NCBI GenBank assembly: GCA_043228905.1
Contig: JBHGNT010000002.1
Location: forward strand, 22,072,001-22,136,000
Direction: 5' to 3'
Length of the DNA stretch: 64,000 nt
Source of the DNA: Azolla caroliniana
Taxonomy: Eukaryota > Plantae > Polypodiophyta
The position numbers were made by a program, and so were the translations under genes. Below the pieces are notes generated by a model. That model did no database searches, was not told the DNA's origin, and worked only from the letters and a program-made list of their open reading frames with translations. Of the stretch, positions 1 through 10,162 are shown piece by piece; positions within the stretch are counted from its first letter, which is position 1; every line of letters begins with the position of its first letter.

Positions 1-349
1 CACAGGAGGCCGAACCAAAGCAAACCCTAAGCAAAACACGAAGAAGAAGAAGAAGAAGAAGAAGAAGAACCTAACTCTAAACCTAACGGTATACCCTCTA
101 ATGCAAAATGGGCAACCCTTACACAAAGGGCGTTCCCTTCCTTTTATAGAACAAGGAAGGGGATGCGTTACAATGTGGGACAATCCCGACTTACATGGGA
201 TCGTCTGTCCCCGACTTGACTACTCTTCGGCGCCATAAAGGCGCCCTCGATATTCACACTAAATGTACACGGGTGCGTACACACGCAGCATCCCGCCGAT
301 GTAGCCAATGTTTCCCGGTTTCCGCCTCTGGCCGAAATTCTTCACGACA
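1..349 (-). mobile_element. Partial LTR (terminus TGTCGTGAA on - strand) inserted into the 3' LTR of Copia-1
   Basis: Ends ...ttcacgaca at 349, exactly where homology to the Copia-1 5' LTR stops; TATA-like motif on - strand (~142-150); (GAA)n at 40-69; runs off the window. Confidence 0.7.
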
Positions 350-679
350 ATGTAAAGGCTATATTCAAAACGATATAATTACTATGTACATACAACTATG
401 CTCAGTAGCATTATTTATACAAGTTCTCGTGGGACTGACAGAAGTACCCTGTACTTCAATGCTCACACGAGCATCAGACACTTACTACGAGACTATAATT
501 GCCTAGTAGTCTACACTAATACTAGGCTTCTGGTTACTGATTGGATTCGGCTAACCGGCTCCCCAGCTCACCGGCTCTGTTGCTTGCCGGCTCGGTTGCT
601 CACAGCTTACCGATCCGTCTCGCTTGCTGGCTCAGGCTTATTCAACCGATCCGGCTCCAGTTGAGCTTGCCGCTCAACA
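350..679 (-). repeat. Copia-1 3' LTR (interrupted at 349/350)
   Basis: Matches 6469-6782 with about 20 substitutions and one ~16-bp indel by eye; ends CAACA next to the PPT. Confidence 0.95.
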
Positions 680-3600
680 CTCCCCCTCAAGCTCAACTTG
701 AGGTTGGATCTTAGTGTCAGTCTCTGTGGCAGTCGGTTCTTCCAACCGACTTCTCCTGGCGTCACTTCGCCTTGCTCGCGCTCCGTGTCCGGTCCAGTTC
801 TGTTTGCCGCGACCCCTCTTGTTCTGCACGCCTCGACCTTCTCGATCGGTATGTCTCCTCAATGGGCCCCTCTCAGCTCCTTTGCTGCTATGACTCCGGT
901 GCTTATCGATCCATCGGTTTCTCCACGATGGCATCGACTTCCGCTGCATCCGTGTTTGCTTGGCCTTGAATTGATCCGGTTCTTCCGAATCGACTGTCTG
1001 CGATTCATTCTAGCTCTTGTCCGAATCGGTTGCTCCCGATTCTTCTTCTGGTTGCAAGCCCATTACCACATTGGACCATGTCCGGGTCTTGGCCTTCTTC
1101 CTTCGGTCGGCTCTGTCCTTCTTGACTTTGCCGCCTTCTGTTCTTCCCTCACCGGCGCAATCGGCAGTCTCTTTGCCTTTGCCCGTTCCGGTGTGTCTGC
1201 CCATTCTCCCCCTCAAGTGTGGCACATCGAGATGCTGAACACCAAGAATGTCGGTAAAGTGCTGCAACTTGTCTGATCTGAGCGGCTTGGTGAAGATGTC
1301 GGCAACTTGCCGATCCGTGTGAACATACCGTAGTTCAACTTCACCGCTCAGGACCTGCTCACGCACAAAGTGATAATGCACTTCTATGTGCTTTGTGGGA
1401 GCATGGAACACAGGGTTCTTGGCGAGTTGCATGTTGCTTATGTTGTCGCAGTAGACCAGAATCGGGGTCGATACCTCGATCCATAAGTCTTGCAGCAGTC
1501 GCTGAAGCCAAATGGCTTCACAGGTGGCAATGGTAGCGCCCCGATACTCAGCCTCAGTGCTCGATAGAGCAACTGTTGGATGTTTTTTGCTGCTCCACGC
1601 AACAGCCGCGCTACCTAAGGAAAACATATAACCGGAGGTTGATCGGCAATCTGATGCATCGCTGGCCCAGTCGGCATCCGTGTAACCGACGAGCTCTTCG
1701 GTTATACCTCGCCGGTATAACAATCCCCGGTCCTTCGTGCCGCTTACATATCGCAGTATCCGTTGCGTGCACTAAAGGTGCTCCATGGTCGGCTTCTGTA
1801 TGAACTGACTTATCACTCTGACGGGATAACTGATGTGAGGGCGTGTGATAGTCAGGTAAATAAGGCTTTCGACAATTTGTCAGAACCGTTTCTCGTTGCA
1901 GGCCGGTCCGGAGTTGGGACGGAGCTTTTGGTTCCGGTCCAAGGGTGTGGAGACAAGTCGGCATTTTGTCATGCCAAACTTGTACAGCATATTCAAGACG
2001 TAATGTCGTTGTGAGAGTAATATGTCGTCGGGGGTTCGGATCACCTCGATCCCAAGAAAATAATGAAGGTCCCCCAGGTCCTTCATCTCAAATGCGTCCG
2101 ACAACAGGGACTTGACGTGGTTGATTTCTGGAACACCCGGTCCGGTGATGACTAGATCATCAACATACAGCAGTATACATATCGGACCGGCTGAGCCTTG
2201 TTGGATGAACAATGAAGAGTCTGATTTGGAGGCCACAAACCCCACCTTACGCAACCGGTGCGTGATCTTCGCATTCCAAGCTCGAGGGGCTTGCTTCAAG
2301 CCGTACAACGACTTCTTCAGCCGTCATACCGCCGACTTGTTCATCTCCGATTGAAAGCCGGGGGGCTGAGTCATAAAGACTTCTTCCTCAAGATTACCTT
2401 GAAGAAATGCATTCTTCACATCCATTTGGTGAAGATGCCACCCCCTTGCGGCAGCAACCGCCAGCACCACACGAACCGTCGTCATCTTCGCTACTGGAGC
2501 GAAGGTCTCGTCGTAGTCGATTCCGTGGGTCTGCGTGTATCCCTTCGCGACTAACCGGGCTTTATACCGGTTAACAGAACCGTCGGCGTTGTACTTTACC
2601 TTGTATATCCACTTGCATCCGATCAGTTTACAGTGACGAGGGGGGTCCACCAGGTCCCATGTCTTGTTGACATCAAGTGCCCGCATTTCTTCCTCCATAG
2701 CGGCACGCCAATTTGTGTCCTTGGCCGCTTCTGCGTAGCTCTCCGGCTCATGCACTTCCGCCACCTTAGTCATGTACGCATAGTGATGCACCATGTACTC
2801 ATCGTACCCGTACCGCTTGGCAGGTGGACCGACATAACTCACTAGTACCCGGCTTAAGGCCTTTCTTGGCCAATTCGGTCTTCATTGCCGAAGATCCGCC
2901 TTTGTCCTTGCCGGAGTCGGATGCACACTGATCCGACTCATCGTTGCCGGTTTCGAATTCCGGCATCTTCTTCTTCCCCTTCTCTTTGCGTATGAACCGT
3001 CTCCTCAATTCCATGCGCGGGGAGTGCACGACAGAGTCTCCACTACTCGTCGGTTCCTCATCGGACTGGTCAGATTGACTCAGTCTCTCGTTCGGCCCGC
3101 TCAACCGGAACGATTCCGGACTCTCATCCTGAGTCCACGCCTCATCATCCTCTACCTGGGCCGGTTCAGGCTCACTAGCCTCATCCTCCGGCATCGGGTC
3201 AGATTCGGAAGTCGGAGTCGGTAGGGAGTACCACGATGCCGATTCATCAAACTCGACATCTCGACTAACTCTGACTAGCTTTGTCCGGGGGTTATAACAC
3301 TTATAACCCTTTTGCTCTTGAGCATAGCCAACTAGGATGCATTTTTCCGATTTTGCATCCAGATTCCTCCGCTTCTCATCCGGTACATGCACATATGCAA
3401 TGCTACCAAAGATCTTAAGGTGTCTCAAATTCGGTTTGCGCCCAAAATACAGCTCGTGAGCTGACACCTTGTCACCGATCCGGTTCTGCATGTAGACAGT
3501 CGTTTGGACTGCCTCCGCCCAATAGAATTTGGGCATGCTCTTTTCCTCTAGCATTTCCCTTGCTGCATCAATGAGCGACCAGTTCTTCCTCTCGGCAACA

Positions 3601-4387
3601 CCGTTCTGTTGCGGTGTGTATCTGCTGTTGAACTCTCGCTGAATTCCCGTTTGCTGTAGATAACTGTTGAATTGGCCGGAAAAGTATTCTTTCCCGCCGT
3701 CCGACCGCAGGCATTTGATCTTCCTCTCTGATTCCCGTTCCACCATGCTTTGGAGACTCCGGAAACACTCGAAGACTTCGCTCTTCCGCTCAATGATGTA
3801 GATCCATGTGTGCCGCGTATAGTCGTCGATGAAGGAGACGAAATATCGACTCCCGCCAAGACTAACATTGTGTGCCGGTCCCCACACATCCGAATGGATT
3901 AGGTCGAGCTTGTTATGCCTCAGGTTACGTTCGGTAGGGAATGGAAGCCGGTGTTGCTTCCCGAGTTGGCAGGCTTCACATACTTGGGCCTTCCGGCGGC
4001 TGAACTTCGGCAAACCGAAAACAACTTGTTTCGTTTGCAGGTCTTGAAGCCTCTGGTAATTGACGTGGCCTATCCGCTTGTGCCACAGGTCGATGTCTGA
4101 TTCGACCTTCTGTCCTTTTGCAAACAGAGCGGTGTCGACGTCATTGGTGTCGAGGATAAACATTATTGCTATGACCGTAGGATCGTGACAAGGAGTGCGA
4201 GCGAACTAGCACAATTATTGAGATGATATGGGAAGAGTAAGAAAAGAAATAAAGCAATGATGCAAGTGAAACTAAGGTGAGTAGGATTAGAGGTGACCAA
4301 GAGTAAAAGAGAATGAGAGAATGAGATGAAAGAAGAAGAGAAGAGTGAGTGAGAAAAGAGAAAAGCTTAAGAAATTTTCATTAGAAA

Positions 4388-4439
4388 GACCTTGTGCAAA
4401 CTAGTTTCGCTCTAGGTAGAGCTCATCAGTGCCAAGGTC
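4388..4439 (-). ncRNA. Minimal type I hammerhead ribozyme
   Basis: - strand reads GACCUUG-GCA CUGAUGA GCUCU ACCU AGAGC GAAAC UA GUU UGC A CAAGGUC: complete core, 5-bp stem II, 10-bp stem I with one bulge, palindromic AACUAGUU stem III, GUU cleavage triplet. Confidence 0.92.
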
Positions 4440-4473
4440 ATTTACAACAAGAGGGTAGGTTTATATAGGGGGA

Positions 4474-4475
<2 letters not shown>

Positions 4476-4525
<50 letters not shown>
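4476..4525. repeat. (GA)n microsatellite within the PLE 3' region
   Basis: Read directly. Confidence 0.95.
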
Positions 4526-4528
<3 letters not shown>

Positions 4529-4678
4529 GGAGTTTAATGATGGGAGAGAGGGAAACGGGGAATTGTGATAGGTAATGGATTGGTTAGTGAAAGTGGGTTA
4601 GAGGGGGGTTATATGTATGTACATGATAAGTGATAGGTGGGGGTGGGTGTGGGGGTGGGATATAAAAGGCATATAGTA

Positions 4679-4975
4679 TTAAGTGGGAGTTTTTATGGAT
4701 TTATATTTAGTTTTGACGAGAAGGGAATGAATGGACTTAGACTTAGTCCAACATATGAAGGGTCGTGGTAGTTCGGATAGTTGGGGATGTGTGGCTAAAT
4801 CTGCGTGGAGGTTTTCTAGCATGTCGTGAATTCCTGATCTAGGGGTATCTTTCGTATACCTAAGTTTGAAGATGATAGGTATAAGGGTACTTTTAGGTTT
4901 TCTACTAAATACTAGTGATTTCCTAGCGTTAAATGGCACCTTTTTATAATTCTCTAATATAAAAGAAAGGGGATA
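4679..4975 (-). pseudogene. C-terminal ~98 aa of a PLE reverse transcriptase, stopping without a GIY-YIG endonuclease
   Basis: Open frame within ORF 4679..5026; (R/G)YP...R..L...P..F...Y...P.L...P...LLV pattern; TAA at 4679-4681. Confidence 0.75.
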
Positions 4976-6371
4976 CCGTCTATGCGCCCTTGCACAATAA
5001 TCTGGCCCTCTTCCTCGATGAAGCACCCGAGGTGCGTAAACCGCACATGCATCCCCTGGTCGACGATCTGTCCGACCGACACCAGGTTCTTCGTGATTGT
5101 CGGAACGTGTAATACGTTCATCAGCTTCCCTTTCTCTCCGACGTGGCTCAAAGGGACTTCTTCGACGTGCACGATTGGGTGAGGAGTGTCATCTCCGGTT
5201 TCGACTACTCCTGGTTGATCCGGTTTTTCCAAAAAGGAGAACCACTCTTTGTGGCTCATCATGTGGTTCGACGCACCGGAATCAACATACCACACTTCCT
5301 CCGATTTGGAAGTGGTCTTCTTCATCGAGTTCGCCTCGTGCTTCATCACCAAGGCTGGCCCGTTACCGTTCTTGGATCCTCCCGATCCCTTCACGTAGTG
5401 CGAGCTTTGTTGGTCATCCTTGCCGGATCCGGATTTGTCCGAATCGGCTCATTTTCTCCAGCACTCGCTTTCTCTGTGGCCCTTTTTGCCACAGTACCAG
5501 CATTCCGTTGCTGACTTCTCTTGGTGTCTTCCGGTGTCGCCATGACTCCCCCTACCTGTGGGAGTCTCGGAATTGCTGTCGGCATGTTCTCTATGCCTTC
5601 GTTCTTGCTCTTGCCGGCCGCCTCCATGGCATGCCAACCCGCCTCGTCCACCACGCCCACGAGACCGATCCGCCTCCATCTACAGCATCCGGATGTCAGT
5701 GGGTGCGCTAGTTGACGCACCGGCGTGGTTCTCCTTTATAAGGAGCATCGACTGTAAGTCGAAAAATGACGGCGTATTCTCCCTTGTACACACCGCCGTT
5801 CGGAACGCTCTGAACTTAGATGCCATGCCCCCAAGACAGACCTGTACCATCTCGTCTTCCTTTACAGTAACGTTGATAGAGCCAAGTGAGTCACAGATCT
5901 CTTTGATCTGGGCCATGTAATCCGCCACCGACATGTCCTTCTGTCGGACAATGCTCAACTCCTGTCGAAGTTGCAGCTTCCGGGCTATAGTGCTCGCGGC
6001 GAAAACCTTCTTCAGGTTCCCCCAAGCCTCCTTCGGTGTCTTGGTGTCTTGGATGTGGCTCAACAGCTGGTCTCCAACACTGGACACGAAGCAGTACATC
6101 ACTCTACATGTCGATTGTTCCCACACTGGGAAGTCCTTATGTGCCGCATCAGGTGTTGTTTCGTTGGCTCCTTCAACAAAACTCCAGTAGCCATGCCCAA
6201 GCAGGTACTGGTGCATCTTATACGACCAAGATGCATAGTTGGATCTGTCGAGTTTCTCCATAGGGAGCGAGCTAGCCATCCCTCTATCCATCACTTCTCT
6301 GTCTGCTATTTTACGACTTGTTAGGGTTTTCTTTCAAGCGTTTGTCGGCTGCAGAGGCTCTCAACCCTCAC

Positions 6372-6383
6372 GCTTTGATACCA
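6372..6383 (-). promoter_or_regulatory. Primer-binding site (tRNA-iMet) of Copia-1
   Basis: TGGTATCAAAGC on - strand directly after the 5' LTR. Confidence 0.9.
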
Positions 6384-6782
6384 TGTAAATGATTACTTGC
6401 AGAAGCGTTAGAAAACAGAGAAGGTAGGTAATACACAGAGTACACGGGAGAGACAGAGAGAGAGCAGAACGTAAAGGCTATATTCAAAACGATATAATCA
6501 CTCTGTACATACAACTATGCTCAGTAGCATTATTTATACAAGTCCTCGTGGGACTGACAGAAGTATTGCGTACTTCAATGCTCACACGAGCATCTTACAC
6601 TTAGTACGAGACTATAATTGCCTAATAGTCTACACTAATACTAGGCTTCCGGTTACTGATTGGATCCGGCTAACCGGCTCCCCAGCTCACCGGCTCAGTT
6701 GCTCACAGCTTACCGATCCGTCTCGCTTGCCAGCTCAGGCTTATTCAGCCGATCCGACTCCAATTGAGCTTGCCGCTCAACA
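6384..6782 (-). repeat. Copia-1 5' LTR
   Basis: TGT...ACA termini, adjacent PBS, homologous to 350-679. Confidence 0.95.
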
Positions 6783-8782
6783 TACTAGAAGCTTATGCAT
6801 CAGACTTCGCACTAGGAAGCATAGTATCCCAGATTAGCAATGATGGCCAACTGCACCCTGTGGCTTTTCATTCACAGAAATTCAAAGCTGTAGAAATCAA
6901 CTATGAGATTCACGACAAAGAGCTTCTTGCCATTGTGGATTCTTTTCAACAATGGCGTCATTTTTTGGAGGGTCCGTCTCAACAAATCATTGTCTATAAT
7001 AATCACAAAAATCTAATGTACTTCCAAAGTGCTCAAGACTTGAGTCATCGACAAGCTCGTTGGGCGCAATTTTTAACTCGTTTTGACTTCATAATTCTAT
7101 ATCGCCCTGGGACGCAACAAGGAAAAGCAGATGCTTTATCTCGGCATTCATATATGGAACTTCAACCAGGAGAGGCCGCATTTGAAAGTCAGAAGCAAAT
7201 CCTCTTGGGTCTTGACCGTCTACGACTAATGGCTTTTCATGCTATAGACACACCCGGGGATTCAAGTCTTCTGGACTCCATTCGGGAGCATATTGAGATT
7301 GATGAATTCACCCAAGATATTCTGAACCATATTATCCCAGATCGCGCTTCTTGTTCACAATCTCAAAATCCTCATCAAGACTACAACAAGTTCAATTGGC
7401 ATGATGGTTTACTTTTTCGACAAAATCTCTTATATGTGCCTGATGGTCCTTCTCGACTCCAAGTCTTGCAACAATGCCATGACACACCAATGGCTGGACA
7501 TTTCGGCATCCACAAGACTTTGGCATTAATTTCTCGAAGGTATTGGTGGCCACGACTTCACCATTTTGTTACGGATTATGTTCGTAGTTGTGATACATGT
7601 TGCCGATCCAAAAAACCTCGACATCATCCATATGGCTTATTACAGCCAATGCCTATTCCTAAGAGTCCATGGAAATCTATTTCATTGGACTTCATTACGG
7701 ATCTACCACCTTCCAAGGGTTTTGATTCAATTCTCACGGTAGTAGATCGTTTTACCAAGATGGCACATTTTCTTCCCTGCACAAAGGCCATTACCAGCCA
7801 AGAGACAGCCGAGTTACTCATGCGAGAGGTGTTTCGGCATCATGGTCTTCCTGATGATATTATCAGTGATTAGGGTCCCCAATTCATCTCAAAATTTTGG
7901 CGGCACATGCTCAAACTCTTACATACTTCTTGCAAACTCTCTTCCGGCTACCATCCAGAAACTAATGGACAGAGTGAGCGCACCAACAAAACAGTAGAAC
8001 AATATCTTCGTTGTTTTGTCAACTATCAACAAGATGATTGGGTTGATCTATTACATTTGGTGGAATTTTCTTACAACTCAGAACATTCTTCTACTGGATA
8101 TTCCCCATTTTTTGCAAACATTGGGTACCATCCTCGTTGGACTATGCTTGAACATCCCGAACTCATGACAAATCCGGCTGCTGAAGATCGGCTCACCTTA
8201 CTCCAAGAAGTTCAAGATATCCTTTTGCACCATTTATGTGATGCTCAAAACACTCAAAAGAAGGTTGTCGACCATCATCGACGTGATTCATCGACTACGT
8301 TTCAAGTGGGAGATCGAGTATGGCTTTTACAAGGTCGCATTAAACAACTCGACCTTCCTACAAATTGGATTATCAACGTTTTGGCCCATATGTGATATCT
8401 GGTAAGATCAATGATGTGGCATTTCGCCTTGATCTTCCCCATCATATGCATCTTCACCCGGTCTTCCATGTTTCACTTTTGGAGCCGTACACAACCAGCT
8501 CTATTCCAGGCTGTCTTACATCTCCCCCACCTCCAATCAAAGTTTCGAATGGCTCTGAATATGAAGTTGTTGCCATTCTCGACTCCAAGATCGTTCGCAA
8601 TAAACTGTATTATTTGGTTGACTGGTTAGGTTATACACCTAATGATTGAACATGGAAACCTCTTGAAAATCTTGCTAATGCCTCCGAAATGGTTGTTGCG
8701 TTTCACAACAAATATCCCCATAAGCCAAGTCCAAAATCTTGTCTTCCGACTCGTGGAACTCATCGTCGAAAAGGGGGCATAA

Positions 8783-9251
8783 TGTCATGACGACATACAT
8801 TTTGGCCTTACAAGGATTCGAGCCCAAGACATCTTGGTCTATATGTTAGACCTTTAACCATTATACTAACATATATGATGTATAGTTATGATAAATGTAT
8901 TATTAGTTATTACAAGATATTTAGAGTATTCTAGAACATTCTAGAGTATTCCAGAACATTCTAGGATATTCCATTATTATATTAAATATCATAAATATCT
9001 AAAATATTCTAGAACATTCTAGAATACTCCATAAGGACCTATAAATAGGTGTCTATTCATTCATCACAACTCATTCGGTTCAACACCAGTTTGTAGCCCC
9101 TTAGCCTACTCTTTGTAATCATTGCTCTCTTATAATATAAACTCTCTTTCCATTTCTAGTGTTCTCTCTCTCTCTCTCTCTCTCCCTCCCTCTCTCCCTC
9201 TACCTTCTATTGTCATCTTATTTTTCTCTCTCCTATTCTCAAGTCACGACA
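8783..9251 (+). repeat. Chromovirus 3' LTR
   Basis: TGTCATGA...TCACGACA termini, follows the PPT, TATA (ctataaata ~9039), short tandem TAGAACATTC/TAGAGTATTC units. Confidence 0.9.
8803..8875 (-). other. tRNA-like / Pol III promoter-like segment inside the LTR
   Basis: TAGTATAATGGT (A box), GGTCTA-ACATA-TAGACC hairpin, GGGCTCGAATCC (B box), ends GGCCA; no clear acceptor stem. Confidence 0.5.
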
Positions 9252-9732
9252 TTACCTGCCTTTCCGGTTTCTGTTTCAGTTCTCCTCCTTAGGTGCGGCA
9301 TGTCAAGATGTTGAAGACCAAGCACCTCCGAAAAATGTTTCAACTTGTCGATTCTGAATGCCGTGGTGAAGATGTCGGCAACCTGTTGATCCGTTCGGAC
9401 ATACCGGAGTTCGACTTCACCGTTGAGGACCCGCTCACGCACAAAGTGATAATGCACTTCTATGTGCTTCGTCTGACAATGGAACATGAGGTTCTTGACC
9501 AACTGCATGTTGCTCATGTTGTCGCAGTGAATCCAGATCGGAGTCGGTACTTTGATCCGGAGTTCTTGCAACAACTGCCGAACCCATATGGCTTCACAGG
9601 TGGCGATGGTAGCGGCCCGATACTTAGCCTTAGTGCTTGATAGAGCAACAGTCCACTGCTTTTTGCTGCTCCACGCAATAGTTGCGCTACCTAGAGAAAA
9701 TGAAAAACCGAAAGTGGACCAATGATCCGATT

Positions 9733-10162
9733 TGTAAAGAATCTAAATCTAATAGAGTTGAGTATTCAGAAGCATAGTGTGTGTGTGAGAGAGAAAGAGT
9801 GTATAAGCAAAAGAAGGATTAGAGAGAATAACCAGAAAATAAGAACACACACAATAGGGGGATGACAACTTATGCACTTAAGAGAGCTATATTAATTAAC
9901 TAAAGATCATCAACGAAACAGAATGGGAAAAGGGGGTTTTATATATAAGTCCTAAAGGGACTGCCACATTAAATGTGTTGGTGGAATCTAATCAAGATAT
10001 CCACTTTAGTACGATTTTGTCATAGGAATATCTAATATTCTTTGACCACATTAACACTTGATAACTACACGGATTACAATCAAGTGTGCTCACACACTTT
10101 TTCACACATCGTCCTTTTCTTCATAAGCACATGTTCACACAAGTTGAGCTTGATTCTCAACA
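9733..10162 (-). mobile_element. Solo LTR of the Copia-3 family inserted in the Copia-2 RNase H
   Basis: TGTAA...CAACA; flanks CGATT/CGATG (5-bp TSD, one mismatch); homologous to the LTR at 38909-39325. Confidence 0.92.

Larger units (their letters stand above)
4164..4975 (-). mobile_element. 5'-truncated Penelope-like element (PLE): RT C-terminal end plus pLTR with hammerhead ribozyme
   Basis: Absent from the homologous Copia-2 site (~12625); no TSD and ~4 bp of target lost; encodes RYPLSFILENYKKVPFNARKSLVF..PIIFKLRY..HPQL..PFICW..SIHSLLVKTK*, like the PLE RT thumb/C-terminal extension; hammerhead downstream. Confidence 0.85.
674..6294 (-). pseudogene. Copia-1 gag-pol, frameshifted and interrupted
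   Basis: ORF pieces 5680-6294 and 5449-5679 (gag), 4954-5394 (protease), 2799-4163 (integrase), 2324-2842 and 1880-2308 (RT), 1010-1723 (RNase H). Confidence 0.95.
350..6782 (-). mobile_element. Ty1/Copia LTR retrotransposon (Copia-1), near full length, degenerate
   Basis: Paired LTRs 350-679 and 6384-6782; PBS TGGTATCAAAGC; PPT at 680-691; order gag (CWYCGKKGHRESEC knuckle), PR (DSGAS), INT (HKRIGH..CEAC, SDVWG, NGVAE), RT (YVDD), RNase H. Confidence 0.97.
6783..9251 (+). mobile_element. Ty3/Gypsy chromovirus (Tcn1-like), 3' half: RNase H, integrase, chromodomain, PPT, 3' LTR
   Basis: ASDFALG..LHPVAFHS..NYEIHDKELLAIV (RNase H); HDTPMAGHFG..CDTC; LDFITDLP, VVDRFTKM, HPETNGQSER (integrase); HPVFHVSLL; EYEVVAILDSKIVRNKLYYLVDWLGY (chromodomain); PPT ~8768-8777; internal stops. 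Confidence 0.95.

Noticed and set aside
22-90. Telomere-like AAACCCTAA motifs
   Set aside because: Isolated telo-box motifs inside an LTR, not a tandem array
698-1276. 192-aa + strand ORF as an antisense or env-like gene
   Set aside because: Shadow of the purine-rich Copia tail; non-ATG start; no recognisable domain
4679-5026. ORF as a genuine Copia-PLE fusion protein
   Set aside because: The Copia portion is out of the pol frame and starts at a non-ATG codon; chance read-through at the junction
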